Source: a virus
Taxonomy: Duplodnaviria > Heunggongvirae > Uroviricota > Caudoviricetes
Direction: 5' to 3' (one strand)
Virus record (IMG/VR): IMGVR_UViG_3300012943_000028
Location: 64,001 to 128,000 of that record
DNA length: 64,000 bases
The position numbers and the translations under genes were made by a program. This document shows, one piece after another, positions 25,024-34,682 of the stretch (positions within the stretch are counted from its first letter, which is position 1; each line of letters opens with the position of its first letter). The notes beneath the pieces are model-generated. The model saw only the letters and a list, made by a program, of their open reading frames with translations. It ran no database searches and was not told where the DNA came from.

Positions 25024-25782
25024 TTATGGAGCATCACCATTGATTTCAATGGTGCCATATTCAGACCCTGGTGCAAATGGTGACAGGTTACCATCGCTAT
25101 CGTACTCGTCCACCCTGAAGCCGTTCATGTCTCCGATCCTAATGAGGATGCTGCGGACCAGCTCACTACGAACATCAACTGGCATGGACAGCCAGATCGG
25201 CATGTCAAAGTTCAAGGTCCAGACGATGACCCTGCGGTCACCACCTGGTGGGTAGTTCTCTTCATTGTTGATGCCGGTAAGCTCAACGGACGTGATCTTA
25301 GTCCAGTCAAAGGCAGCGTCGGTCTTCTGGAGCTGGAGAGTTGGGTCAAACAGCACGAGCAGCTGCTCAAGAATCTGGTGAAGCTGGTCGGTGTTCGATG
25401 CGTACAACGCCAGCTCAAGCGACATCATGTACGGGATTGGCATGACACGGGTCACGGTCTTGATGTCGTTAGGCCAAGCTCCACCTTCTGGTAGGAAGGC
25501 ACGACGATCTACGACACCAACACCCTTACGAAGCTGTGGGGCCATAGAGATGGCAGTCATCTGGGCGGCCATCATTGGCAGCGAGATTGGCTTGTTCTGC
25601 GTGTTGCCTGCCTCGATAGCTGCCACAACACGGTCCTTGCTGCCGATGCGAATTGGAACGGTGATGAATTCTTCCTCGGCGCACTCACCCTTGCCTGTCC
25701 TCACATTGAGGCCGGCAAAGATGTAGCAGAACTGAAGCAGGTACTTCCTGATCTGCTGGTCGTAGAAATAATGGTTGATCAT
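25024..25782 (-). CDS. gp15: tail terminator / sheath stabiliser
   Basis: YFYD.QIR...QF..IF, VPI..G, LP.M, P.PY...EL, QILEQ...FDP, WTL.F. Confidence 0.9.
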   Translation of the reverse strand: MINHYFYDQQIRKYLLQFCYIFAGLNVRTGKGECAEEEFITVPIRIGSKDRVVAAIEAGNTQNKPISLPMMAAQMTAISMAPQLRKGVGVVDRRAFLPEGGAWPNDIKTVTRVMPIPYMMSLELALYASNTDQLHQILEQLLVLFDPTLQLQKTDAAFDWTKITSVELTGINNEENYPPGGDRRVIVWTLNFDMPIWLSMPVDVRSELVRSILIRIGDMNGFRVDEYDSDGNLSPFAPGSEYGTIEINGDAP

Positions 25783-25785
25783 TCG

Positions 25786-26892
25786 TTACACTCCGAAGTC
25801 GCGCTTGAACTTCAGCCTTGAGGCCTTGTCGTGGCCAAAATATGCGTCGGCATCGGCGCCCTGAAGTGATGCAGTACGGATAAGCTTCTTGATGAAGCGC
25901 TCCTCACTTGGGTCAAACGATGAGTTGAGCTTCTTAGCAGTTCTTGCAAGTGTATTTACAAGCACCATCAGCTCATCACGACCGCTACCTTGCTCTGAAG
26001 CGTCTGCGTAGTTCTTCCACGCACGAGCGATCTCGTGCTCATGGCGATACAGGCGCATGAGTTCTTCAGGCAACGGCTCATTCGTTGTTACAGATGAGTT
26101 GGCCTCACCTGATGGGTTGAGCAGCGTTGCGAGGCGCTGAACGTATTCACCTTTCTGGATGGCTGGGTTGCTTGCCGTTTCAACGGCGTTTGCCATCTTG
26201 TTGACCTTCTTAGCAATGCCTTCAGCGTCCTTCTCGTAGCCAGAACCACCAGTTATCTTCAGCTCGATGAGACCGTCTTCCAGGCGGTCAAAGTTTGCAT
26301 GACCATCTGACCTCTTACCGAGATAGTTGAGGGCGGCCTTGTTGAAGGCCTCAGCTCCGAGTGGAAGGCGACCATTGGTCTTCACCTTGTGCATCATCAC
26401 CTCAAGCTGCGATGGGGTGAATGAGCGGCTCTGCTTTGCGAAGGCCGTCGATGCGCCAGGTGCGTCCATGAAAAGAACAAGCTTGACTGGGTCGAGCTTG
26501 TCGCTCAAGCCAGAAACGTGTGCTGAAGCTGTAAGGTAGTCACCATCGTTTGTGCGAAGGCCATTCTGCTCCATCCAGCTGGAGAGCTTACCAACGTAAT
26601 CATGGACTTTAGAAACTGGGATGAGCGGAGAGCTGATCTCCACGGCGCTAGTCGTGCCGGGAAGAACAGTCCACTTAGTGTTCGAGCGACGGGTGCGCTG
26701 CTGCTTTGCATCAGCGATCTCACCGAGTTCACCAGACAGAGATGATGCAACGTTCTTGAGAGTGTCGAGCTTTTCATCGGCCGTGAGTGGGTTACCGGCA
26801 AGCGCTGAGCTTGATGGAACATCAAGCCTGAACGTGAGCGCCACCTTTGGTGAGGCGCCAGCTTTTTCGGTAAGGAACTCTTTGAACTTCAC
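25786..26892 (-). CDS. degenerate amidoligase-2-like protein with capsid-targeting-like leader
   Basis: MKFKEFLTE leader; VEISSP, LDPVKLVLF, IELK..GG..YE resemble phage amidoligases. Confidence 0.5.
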   Translation of the reverse strand: MKFKEFLTEKAGASPKVALTFRLDVPSSSALAGNPLTADEKLDTLKNVASSLSGELGEIADAKQQRTRRSNTKWTVLPGTTSAVEISSPLIPVSKVHDYVGKLSSWMEQNGLRTNDGDYLTASAHVSGLSDKLDPVKLVLFMDAPGASTAFAKQSRSFTPSQLEVMMHKVKTNGRLPLGAEAFNKAALNYLGKRSDGHANFDRLEDGLIELKITGGSGYEKDAEGIAKKVNKMANAVETASNPAIQKGEYVQRLATLLNPSGEANSSVTTNEPLPEELMRLYRHEHEIARAWKNYADASEQGSGRDELMVLVNTLARTAKKLNSSFDPSEERFIKKLIRTASLQGADADAYFGHDKASRLKFKRDFGV

Positions 26893-27065
26893 TGAAAGTA
26901 CCTTGCGTTAGAAACACCATGAACAGGCGGTTGACCGCTGTTGTTTGAGCGCGGTTGCGCTTCACCTGACGTTGCACGATAGCGCTTCAGCTCTAGCTTA
27001 GCCTTGATGTGCTTTCTCTTGAGCTCAGTCGCCGGGCCAGCGCTTAGAAAATCTTTGAACCTCAT
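26889..27065 (-). CDS. 58 aa basic protein with capsid-targeting-like leader (not in ORF track)
   Basis: MRFKDFLSAGPATELKRKHIKAKLELKRYR...; ATGA/GTGA coupling on both sides. Confidence 0.6.
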   Translation of the reverse strand: MRFKDFLSAGPATELKRKHIKAKLELKRYRATSGEAQPRSNNSGQPPVHGVSNARYFQ

Positions 27066-27502
27066 GCGTCGTACACTTCCCTGCGCATGTCTTCTGGTGC
27101 GTAACCAGGTTTGCGACGCGTTCTCTCTGGAAGACCGTACAGCTGAGCTGGGATCGATGCTCCATGGGCAGGGTCACCACCTAGGTGGTAGTTCTGGTGG
27201 TTGCGATCAACCATCTGGTGCTCAGCCTTGTTGAGCGCCTTGAGAACTCTTTCTTCCTTGCTGAACGTGAACGTTCTCGTAACGATGTGGCCGCCCTGTT
27301 TCACAACACGAACCTTAAGCTCTCTGCTGATTGGAGAACCATCAAACAGGGCATCGCGTGCCGCCTTCTTTTCTGCCTTGGCCTTTGCTTCAGCCTCAGC
27401 TGCGGCCGTGCGCTCACCTGCTCGGCGAGCCTTACGCTCTGCCTTCTTTGCGGCCTTGCCAGGGTAGTTCTTACCCTCAGTGATGAATTCTTTGAATCTC
27501 AT
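27062..27502 (-). CDS. putative internal head protein
   Basis: MRFKEFITE|G leader, then Lys/Ala-rich helix. Confidence 0.65.
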   Translation of the reverse strand: MRFKEFITEGKNYPGKAAKKAERKARRAGERTAAAEAEAKAKAEKKAARDALFDGSPISRELKVRVVKQGGHIVTRTFTFSKEERVLKALNKAEHQMVDRNHQNYHLGGDPAHGASIPAQLYGLPERTRRKPGYAPEDMRREVYDA

Positions 27503-29418
27503 GTGAGCTTCTTCCCAATTGGTTGGTTCGTGTTAGACTGCAAGATCTTCTGAACGGATGGCTTGTGAGAGCTGTACTCGCCACGGCGATCCTGCTCAAG
27601 GAAGATCCAACGGTTTTTAGCCGCTGAGTATCTATAGAGACGTGGTGCAATGCGTGTCTCAGGCGCATAGCATAGACGGAAGTAGTCTCCATCTGCTGGT
27701 CCTGGCGTCGTTGGCAGTGAGAACCCCTCTCCATATGGCTCGCCATTTGGTGGCAGGCCAGCCTCGATGTAGAGGTTTGGATGCGCCGATGGAGATGGAT
27801 TTGAGAGAGCGGTTGGCTGTCCCTTTGCATTTGCAGGCGGAAGCGCCTGGCGAACTGGAATTCCAGCAACAGAGCGGATGTCATCTGACCCAATCTCTGG
27901 CACCGCATCAGAAGCGTTCTTGATGATCTCTTCTGTGGCAGTGAGAGGTGTAACGTTGAGCTGCTCGCCGATGCCATCAGTGAGGATCGCATCTGGTGTG
28001 AGGTACTTCTGCGTGTCGAGCGTACCAAAGATGTCGCGCGTTTCCTGTGATGGCAGAGCAATCTGTGCGTTGACACGGTACGTCAGCGGCTTGTTTGCTG
28101 GGTTGAAACCAGATGATGCCCAACCGGCATCGGTAACTTCTAGGAACTTGCGGACAGGCAGCAGGTTCTGGTCGTACTGCATCTCAGGGATGAGCTCGAT
28201 GATGTCGCCAATAACGATAGGGCGACCAAGCGCATAGGCCATCTGCGCAAATGAGAAGATGAAGGTGTACTGATCAAGGATGCTGAAGCCGAGCTTGCTG
28301 AGGTCGGTAACAGAATCTGTTGGAGAGTACTGTGCTTTCAGGAATACTGGCGTTGGGCTGTAGTCACGATCACGGTTCTCATTCAAGAATAGGTCTTGGA
28401 TGATGTTGATGTCTGTGCTCGTCTGTGGAGCGTCAAACACGTCAAGCGCTGCAACTTCCCAGTTGTTTGCGCCAGTAAACAGTGATGGGGTGACGCGTAC
28501 AGCCTTCACCTTCAGCGTTGTCTGGAAGTTGAGCATCTGCGGCGATGGTGACTGAATGACATTGAACAGCGCAACGCGTGTCCACACATAGTCGATCGCA
28601 ACCGAGAACATGTCGCCGCCAGCAAATGGTGTTGGGCCAGCGGTGATCGTAAAGTTGATGTACGTGCTGTAGAACGGCGTGCCTACCGTGGCGGTACCGA
28701 GACCGATGACAGTGCTGTCTGGCAGCATTGCATAAACGTTGAACGTCGTTGCAGTAATTGCAACGGCAGTAAGAATGCCCTGTGTGACATCTGATCCAGA
28801 GCTGTTTATCGTCATCAGCCCATCGCCAACACCAGTAAACGCTGGTGCGCCAGCGGTGACAGCACCATTTGTTACCTCAACGCGCACCTGCTGCGCGAAG
28901 TAACCAGGCGTGTTTGACTGTGTGATGGAGATTGCGCCAACGTTCGTCCACTTCTGCTTCTGTGGTTCATACTCGCTGTCGTTGTTCTGCGTCAGCTTAA
29001 TGCCAAAGTCAACACCAACGTAGGCGCTGCCTGGAACAGATGACCCTGAAACAAACGAGCGCCAAGGTGTGATGCCGTTGATGCCAGTTGGTGGGTAACC
29101 TGGAAATGATTGTGACGTGATGAGGCGACCGGCACTAAGCACAGAGCCATCGCCCTGCTGGTGGACACCGAGCAGAGGATAGATGTTGAGCGGAACGCCT
29201 GCGATGTTGAGCGTCTCGGCGATGTACTGCTCTTGGTTTGCTTGCTCGTTCTGAGCGCAGTTGTCAGGCGTAACATCGCTGATCTCCCAGTCACCAGTTG
29301 GAATGTCATGTGGGACATATGGGCCAATTGGCGGGTTTGGAGGCGTAATGTTTACGCTGCCGATCTGATCAGCGCATGCTAGCTCAGGCGGAAACTGCGG
29401 CTGCGGAGGAGTTGGCAT
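27499..29418 (-). CDS. gp14: neck protein gp14-like, enlarged
   Basis: IQDLFLNENRDRDY, DLSK.G, LGRP...GD.IEL; located between gp13 and gp15. Confidence 0.7.
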   Translation of the reverse strand: MPTPPQPQFPPELACADQIGSVNITPPNPPIGPYVPHDIPTGDWEISDVTPDNCAQNEQANQEQYIAETLNIAGVPLNIYPLLGVHQQGDGSVLSAGRLITSQSFPGYPPTGINGITPWRSFVSGSSVPGSAYVGVDFGIKLTQNNDSEYEPQKQKWTNVGAISITQSNTPGYFAQQVRVEVTNGAVTAGAPAFTGVGDGLMTINSSGSDVTQGILTAVAITATTFNVYAMLPDSTVIGLGTATVGTPFYSTYINFTITAGPTPFAGGDMFSVAIDYVWTRVALFNVIQSPSPQMLNFQTTLKVKAVRVTPSLFTGANNWEVAALDVFDAPQTSTDINIIQDLFLNENRDRDYSPTPVFLKAQYSPTDSVTDLSKLGFSILDQYTFIFSFAQMAYALGRPIVIGDIIELIPEMQYDQNLLPVRKFLEVTDAGWASSGFNPANKPLTYRVNAQIALPSQETRDIFGTLDTQKYLTPDAILTDGIGEQLNVTPLTATEEIIKNASDAVPEIGSDDIRSVAGIPVRQALPPANAKGQPTALSNPSPSAHPNLYIEAGLPPNGEPYGEGFSLPTTPGPADGDYFRLCYAPETRIAPRLYRYSAAKNRWIFLEQDRRGEYSSHKPSVQKILQSNTNQPIGKKLT

Positions 29419-29421
29419 TCA

Positions 29422-31302
29422 TTATCCCAAGAAGAACGACGTGTTGCCAAAGTTGACGCCACCGTTACCGACCTCATAGTCGTTTACCTGGCGGCGAAGC
29501 TCTGCCTTAAGCTCGGTTGAACGAGCGAGCAGCGTGTCACCGTTGAGGGTGAGGCCACCCTGAGCGCCAGGAAGGGTGCCGTACTTGCTGCGAATCAGAC
29601 CAAGCTGTTCCATGGCGTCGGCATATGCCCAATCCTGAATCCACATCTTTGTCCAGCGATCGTTGATGAGCTCCTGCTCCTCACGCTCCATGGTGCACTC
29701 AAGCACAACGCGTTCCTGCTGCTGAAGGAGGCGGCGCTGAAGTGTGAGCTCGCGGCGTGCCTCATTCCACGTGAAGGCGATGCTGCCTGCGAAGATGCGC
29801 TCATACACCTCTGAGAGCTGGTTCATGAGGTGGATGGAGAGCACGTCAACGTTCGAACCCTGGTAGAGCTGGTTGAAGAACGCCTGAGCATACAGGCCCG
29901 TCTCTGCTGATAGCGAAGAGATGCCGAGCTGGTTGATGCGGTGAATCTTGATCACGTTGACGACCTTGTCGGTCTTGTCACGTGGGTCGTTGAGGTAGTA
30001 GGTCTGCTGCCCACCACCTGCACCACCCGTGAGCGTGTATGAGATGAAGCGTGGCTCATAGGCATTGTCTAGGCGGCGACGTGCCTCGCCAAGTGCGTTG
30101 TTGATTGCGAGCTCGAAGTTTGCGTCTTTCAGCTCGATGCAGATTGCTGGGAAGCCCATCTGCGTCTTGACGGTCTGCTTGAGCTGCAGGCGTGCTGCGG
30201 CTGTACCATCTGTACCAACGCCGACCTTCTGCTGAAGTGGAACGCCCTGCTCTGCGGTATCTGCACGCTTCCAGCCCTCATCACCGGTCCAGACAAGAAG
30301 CTCGCGCGACGACGTCTGATAGAAGAAGTCGCCAACGTTTGGAATCGTTGGAAGGTATGGGCCGAAGTTGCTGTGATACGATGACGCAGCAACTGGGAAC
30401 CAGTCGGCGCCAATGAACACCTCGACCATGTCAGGTGTTGGGTTGTACCACTGGAGAACGCTTGCAAACTTGAGGTAGTACGTGTTAGGCGCCGAGATGG
30501 CAGCCTGATACGTGATGAAGATGAAGTCGCCAGTTGCAGGAGTTGCTGGGTACGTTGCGGCCTCAGTGATGCTCGTGAACGGTGCCCACGTACCACCCAT
30601 CTTGACGCGAGTGTTGGCGCCGGTGCAGAGCACCCATGCGGTGCCGTTGAAGTACTTCAGCTGGTTCGTGCCGTTGACGTAGAATAGCTGGCCTATTTCA
30701 ATCGGTGGAACTGGAGCTGTTGGAACTGGAAGCTGGTTGGCCTTGAGCCAAGCGCTCTGCGCGTTGTTCCATACAAGCACCGTGTTGGTGCTTGGATCGT
30801 AGTAGAGCTGACCCTCAGTTGGATTCTGTGGTGGAACCGTTGCCTGAGGAATTGAGCCCGCAAATGGGCTGCTCTTGCGCACCTGAGGATCATTGGCCTC
30901 AAGTGGGTACGACTGCACGCCTAGCGTGTAGTACTGAAGAACGTTTGACGCAGCGTGGATCGAAGCGTAGTAGAGCTTGTTTGGGTCAAGCGAGTTGACG
31001 GTGACCGTGGTCTGCGTCGTGCTGTCGCCAAAGAAGCCGTAGAAGGCAGCGACGACCTGGGCCTTACCGATCATGTCGACTGGAGTGCCGAACGCCGTAG
31101 AACCAGCGTAGCGGGTACCGTCGATTGGGAAGTCCTGAGCGGTCAGCGGTTCCTCAGAGACAAGAACGACCGCACCGTCATAGGCGACAGGTGTAGTTGG
31201 AAGTGTCCAAGTAAGCTGAAGGGTCGTAGGCGTTGGCTTGACGGCCGTCAGCGTCATTGCTCGACCATCAGTCCAAAGGTCGTGTGTTGTAACCTGAGTC
31301 AT
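29422..31302 (-). CDS. gp13: neck protein gp13-like with long N-terminal extension
   Basis: C-terminal MGFP.I.IEL....AI..AL, WI.D.A.A, G.IRSKY..LPG..G..TLNG..L. Confidence 0.85.
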   Translation of the reverse strand: MTQVTTHDLWTDGRAMTLTAVKPTPTTLQLTWTLPTTPVAYDGAVVLVSEEPLTAQDFPIDGTRYAGSTAFGTPVDMIGKAQVVAAFYGFFGDSTTQTTVTVNSLDPNKLYYASIHAASNVLQYYTLGVQSYPLEANDPQVRKSSPFAGSIPQATVPPQNPTEGQLYYDPSTNTVLVWNNAQSAWLKANQLPVPTAPVPPIEIGQLFYVNGTNQLKYFNGTAWVLCTGANTRVKMGGTWAPFTSITEAATYPATPATGDFIFITYQAAISAPNTYYLKFASVLQWYNPTPDMVEVFIGADWFPVAASSYHSNFGPYLPTIPNVGDFFYQTSSRELLVWTGDEGWKRADTAEQGVPLQQKVGVGTDGTAAARLQLKQTVKTQMGFPAICIELKDANFELAINNALGEARRRLDNAYEPRFISYTLTGGAGGGQQTYYLNDPRDKTDKVVNVIKIHRINQLGISSLSAETGLYAQAFFNQLYQGSNVDVLSIHLMNQLSEVYERIFAGSIAFTWNEARRELTLQRRLLQQQERVVLECTMEREEQELINDRWTKMWIQDWAYADAMEQLGLIRSKYGTLPGAQGGLTLNGDTLLARSTELKAELRRQVNDYEVGNGGVNFGNTSFFLG

Positions 31303-31332
31303 TTAGCAAACCTTGAGGTGTAGCCCATCCGA

Positions 31333-31364
31333 TATTTATGCTGATTGGGCGGTGTTCCTAAATA
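31333..31364. promoter_or_regulatory. divergent pair of late promoters (ATAAATA minus 31333-31339; CTAAATA plus 31358-31364)
   Basis: NTAAATA motifs facing gp13 and the LysM-like gene. Confidence 0.6.
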
Positions 31365-31382
31365 CCCGGGAGAGGAGAAAGC

Positions 31383-31604
31383 ATGACACTCAAAACACGT
31401 CCCAAGGTAGTCCCACACCTTCTCATGCCTGGCGAGACCATCACGGCCGCCATCAAGAAGCACAACCTCTACGATGTCAGCAAGCAGGAAATGGCGCAGC
31501 TTCTCAAGACCTTTACGGCCACAAACACCGCTGAGATTTTCCGTCCTGGAAACAGGGTGCTGGTACCAATCCTAGAGCGGCACCAGGCAGCCGTGTTTGG
31601 CTGA
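31383..31604 (+). CDS. small LysM-like protein
   Basis: H.LMPGETI..A....N.....PG..VLVP; GAGGAG RBS; own promoter. Confidence 0.6.
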   Translation: MTLKTRPKVVPHLLMPGETITAAIKKHNLYDVSKQEMAQLLKTFTATNTAEIFRPGNRVLVPILERHQAAVFG

Positions 31605-31817
31605 TCAGCCAGTAAGGAATTCGTTCAGAACGTCGATTTGAACCTCGAGCTCGACCTTCTTGGCCTTGAGGTTTGAGACTGCCGCAGCGCAGACGTCAGC
31701 ACCATGGGCGCGAGCCTGGCGTGGCCAATCTTCGGTCGTGAGGCGGTTGATGGACGCTGATACGAGCTTGTGCTCGTTGATCAACTTGTCTCTGTATTCT
31801 TCTGAGAACTGCTTCAT
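31605..31817 (-). CDS. hypothetical coiled-coil protein
   Basis: TAAGGA RBS before ATG 31817. Confidence 0.6.
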   Translation of the reverse strand: MKQFSEEYRDKLINEHKLVSASINRLTTEDWPRQARAHGADVCAAAVSNLKAKKVELEVQIDVLNEFLTG

Positions 31818-31871
31818 CGTAGATTCCTTATGTGATTTTCTGATGAGTGATAAAAGTCTGCGGAACATGCG

Positions 31872-32405
31872 TTATCCTATATTGTCGATCTCGTTTTCAA
31901 CCCAATCAAGGACGAGATCACGCTCTTCCTTTGACAGCACCTTCTTCTGGCGCTCTGTTGCGTAGGACATCAGGTACTTTAGCGCTGCGGTTGCAGAGTG
32001 GGTCTTGCTGTCGTGCAAGAAGTCCTTGAGGTACAGAGAGCAAAGCGCCTTTAGAACGTCCTCGCCTTCTGCTGAAACTTCGGCAGCTGCCTCAACGTCT
32101 TCCTTCACCTTCTTGCCAAAGTTCTTTGGCAGGCCCTTGCGAGCGGCCTTGATGATCTCTTCACGGTATGCGCCAGCTTCCTTCTTTGAAAGTGGGTCGG
32201 CGGTGACCAGCTCTACCTTTCCATCAGGGCTGAACACGACGTTAACGCCGTAGTACTCAACGCCCTTGTAGTAGCTGTCGTCAGTTGGGTTTGAGACGAC
32301 GAGCACCATGATGTCGCCTTCCTTAGGACCACCATGATCTACGGTGTCCACTGAAAATTTGAGCTTGCCCTCAATGAGGCTGTGAAGTTCTCTTAGAAGT
32401 TCCAT
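31872..32405 (-). CDS. putative internal head protein
   Basis: MELLRELHSLIE|G leader. Confidence 0.65.
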   Translation of the reverse strand: MELLRELHSLIEGKLKFSVDTVDHGGPKEGDIMVLVVSNPTDDSYYKGVEYYGVNVVFSPDGKVELVTADPLSKKEAGAYREEIIKAARKGLPKNFGKKVKEDVEAAAEVSAEGEDVLKALCSLYLKDFLHDSKTHSATAALKYLMSYATERQKKVLSKEERDLVLDWVENEIDNIG

Positions 32406-32412
32406 GTTTACC

Positions 32413-32691
32413 TCAACGCCTTGATGCGGCGCCCTCAAGATCACGAATGATCTTGTTGAGCTGGTTGCGAACGATGTTCATGTTTGTCATGATGGCTGAA
32501 AAGTGTCTCTTCTTGGAGTCAGCGTCTTTCAGCTTGTGTGCAAGGCTAAGCGCCTGACGAGCAGCGGCAAGGCGCTTCTCAAGAGTTTCAATGATGCCCT
32601 CAAGCGGCATGGACGTTGGGTCGATGGCGACGGTCTTCTCATCGAGACGCTCTGTCTCTTCGATGATTGCGGTAAGTTCCTTGATGAGCAT
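32413..32691 (-). CDS. putative internal head protein
   Basis: MLIKELTAIIEE leader, then helical hairpin. Confidence 0.6.
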   Translation of the reverse strand: MLIKELTAIIEETERLDEKTVAIDPTSMPLEGIIETLEKRLAAARQALSLAHKLKDADSKKRHFSAIMTNMNIVRNQLNKIIRDLEGAASRR

Positions 32692-32699
32692 GTCGTTCC

Positions 32700-34031
32700 T
32701 CACTTGGCCTGCGGGTAGTGCGTGCCCGTCTCATTCGTAAAAATTGCTGCACGAAGAACATCGACGGCGCTGCTTACGGCGCTTCTCAACTTGATCTTGT
32801 CACCATCAACGATGACGTACAGTGCAAACTTGCCATCACTGCCCTTCAACAGGAAGTCATGGTCACGGCGCTTGAACTTGATCTCATCGTCCTTGACATC
32901 AATACCCGAGACCTTTGAGTCGGCCTTCAGCGCCTTGATGATGTCGGTCCATGAGTCCTTAGTTGACAGTTGGTGTGGCACAACCGACTTCTCGTCAAGC
33001 TCAACGCTCTCATTGAAACCGAGGCGCTTGAACAGCTTGTCATAGTCTTCCATGTCTGGGTCGAAGTCGTGCTTTGGTGGCTTTGCGCCAAGCTCGTTGA
33101 AAAGCATATCGGCAAACAGCGCCCAGATGTCGACGTCAAAGCTGTGGAACTTTGACCACGTCTTATCAAACTCGCTCTTACCCTCAAGCGCCGCCGCCTT
33201 CAAGAGGTTACCGAAACGCTTTGAGATGACGCCATATCCAAGGTGGTCTTGCGTCAGCGGTTCATGGTGCTTCTGTTCCCACTTTGCGATCTTGGTGATG
33301 ACCTTGTCGATCGCATGGTAGATTTTCGTCTGAACTGGTGAGACCTTCGACTGCACTGCCTCAGTCAAGTCCATCTTAAGGTGCTTCTTGACGGCAGCGC
33401 CAATCTCACCATCGTGTGGCGTGTTCTTGTTTGCAACGATGAGGCTCGTCTTTGGCTTCACGTAGCCTGGTGCGAAGTTCATCGAGTTGGAGAAATAGTT
33501 GTTGATGCGCTCTGACATTGCGAGGACTGCATCTTCGATGGAGCTGTACACTTCACTGTAGCTCCACTTCTTTGGGTTCTTGATGTGATCCTTGACGGCG
33601 TGGGCGACCTCATCGAGCTCATGTCCCCAAAGCTCATCAGTGTGGTACATCAGGCGCTGAATGCTGTTGATGATCGCAGGGTCGATCTTGCTACCGCTCT
33701 GCTTTCTGATGGCATTGAGCGTCAGCTCATAGATCATGTCGTTGATGTCGCCCTGGCTGAAGGTGCTCTCTTCGAGAGTCGATTCACAGAGGCCCTTGAG
33801 AAACTTGACAGCGCCCTCATAAGGAATGCCTGATGGAAGATCGTGCTCAATGTATGAGCTTACAGATGGCTCACGCTTGTCATCGCCGGTCCAAGCGCAA
33901 TCGATGACGTCGACACCACCACTCCACTTCTTGAAGTCTCTAAGAAGCTTTTCCTGCTGAGCTGGTGTCAGGTCCTTGACTGCTCCTACCTTTGCTTCAT
34001 TGATGGCATGTAGTTCACGGAGCAGCTGCAT
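32700..34031 (-). CDS. putative internal head polyprotein (~4 modules)
   Basis: MQLLRELHAINE|A leader; LEE|S, LTE|A, FNE|S junctions. Confidence 0.65.
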   Translation of the reverse strand: MQLLRELHAINEAKVGAVKDLTPAQQEKLLRDFKKWSGGVDVIDCAWTGDDKREPSVSSYIEHDLPSGIPYEGAVKFLKGLCESTLEESTFSQGDINDMIYELTLNAIRKQSGSKIDPAIINSIQRLMYHTDELWGHELDEVAHAVKDHIKNPKKWSYSEVYSSIEDAVLAMSERINNYFSNSMNFAPGYVKPKTSLIVANKNTPHDGEIGAAVKKHLKMDLTEAVQSKVSPVQTKIYHAIDKVITKIAKWEQKHHEPLTQDHLGYGVISKRFGNLLKAAALEGKSEFDKTWSKFHSFDVDIWALFADMLFNELGAKPPKHDFDPDMEDYDKLFKRLGFNESVELDEKSVVPHQLSTKDSWTDIIKALKADSKVSGIDVKDDEIKFKRRDHDFLLKGSDGKFALYVIVDGDKIKLRSAVSSAVDVLRAAIFTNETGTHYPQAK

Positions 34032-34063
34032 TTTTCGTGCCTCAGGCTGTAAGAATCGATAAG

Positions 34064-34411
34064 CTATTTAGTGGGTAGCTTACAGAAGTCCTTTAGAATG
34101 GTCTCCTCCACCTCTTCTGAGACAGCCTGCGCAACGTTCCCGTCCTGCACCTGCTTTCGAAAGCTGTAGCGGACGGCGCATTCTGCCGATTCCTGAGCTG
34201 TCTTGAACGGCATTGGATAGTTGCGGTCAGCAACTCGCGTCTCGAGGAAGGCGAGGCGCTTGCGCGCATATTCCATGTTTGCACCACGCGCCTCAATGCT
34301 CTCAATGGCGGGCATGTATTGAGCTGTGAGCGGTGGAACTGCGACTTGCGAGAAGGAAACTACAGGGGCCGTAGCGATGACGGTAGCAAGAAATTTGTAG
34401 AGGTCTTTCAT
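34064..34411 (-). CDS. exported protein with signal peptide
   Basis: MKDLYKFLATVIATAPVVSFS-Q; two Cys; CTAAATA late promoter at 34438-34444. Confidence 0.6.
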   Translation of the reverse strand: MKDLYKFLATVIATAPVVSFSQVAVPPLTAQYMPAIESIEARGANMEYARKRLAFLETRVADRNYPMPFKTAQESAECAVRYSFRKQVQDGNVAQAVSEEVEETILKDFCKLPTK

Positions 34412-34457
34412 TGTGGTGGGGTGGTGGAGGGACCAAGTATTTAGCCTTCCTCCGGAC

Positions 34458-34487
34458 AAAAGAAAGGACCTGCAAGAGGTCCTTTCT
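34458..34487 (-). terminator. rho-independent terminator ending the putative ncRNA
   Basis: AGAAAGGACCT-CTTGC-AGGTCCTTTCT-TTT, 11 bp stem. Confidence 0.85.
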
Positions 34488-34558
34488 AGGAAAACGCGGG
34501 ACGGGTGTTTTTCAGATGGTTATCCTGTCCATTACGTGGAGCCTAAGCTGTATCCACG

Positions 34559-34632
34559 TGGTGCCTCGGGAATCGAACCCAAGCCCTCCCAGTAGAAAAC
34601 TGGGTGTGCAGCCCACCTACACTAGTGCAACC
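34559..34632 (-). tRNA. non-canonical tRNA-like element (TTC in anticodon position; defective acceptor stem)
   Basis: D arm GTGT/GCAC with GG, anticodon arm CCCAG-TTTTCTA-CTGGG, T arm TTGGG-TTCGATT-CCCGA; acceptor GGTTGCAC/GGCACC needs 2 bulges; U at position 37. Confidence 0.45.
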
Positions 34633-34682
34633 TCCATCTAGCATGCTTCTTTTGCGACGTCATTGCCATTCGTCGATAAGTC

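Larger units (their letters stand above)
34458..34677 (-). ncRNA. putative ~220 nt structured RNA containing a tRNA-like domain
   Basis: Own promoter and terminator, no convincing ORF, several helices around a D/anticodon/T-arm core. Confidence 0.6.

Noticed and set aside
34559-34632. Reading the element as an amber suppressor (CTA) or Arg (TCT) tRNA
   Set aside because: Those triplets are off-centre in the 7 nt loop UUUUCUA; the central triplet is TTC, and TAG is used as a normal stop in this window
34411-34641. Plus-strand ORFs of 60-76 aa over the tRNA-like region
   Set aside because: No RBS; they cross a terminator hairpin; the minus-strand promoter, RNA structure and terminator explain the region better
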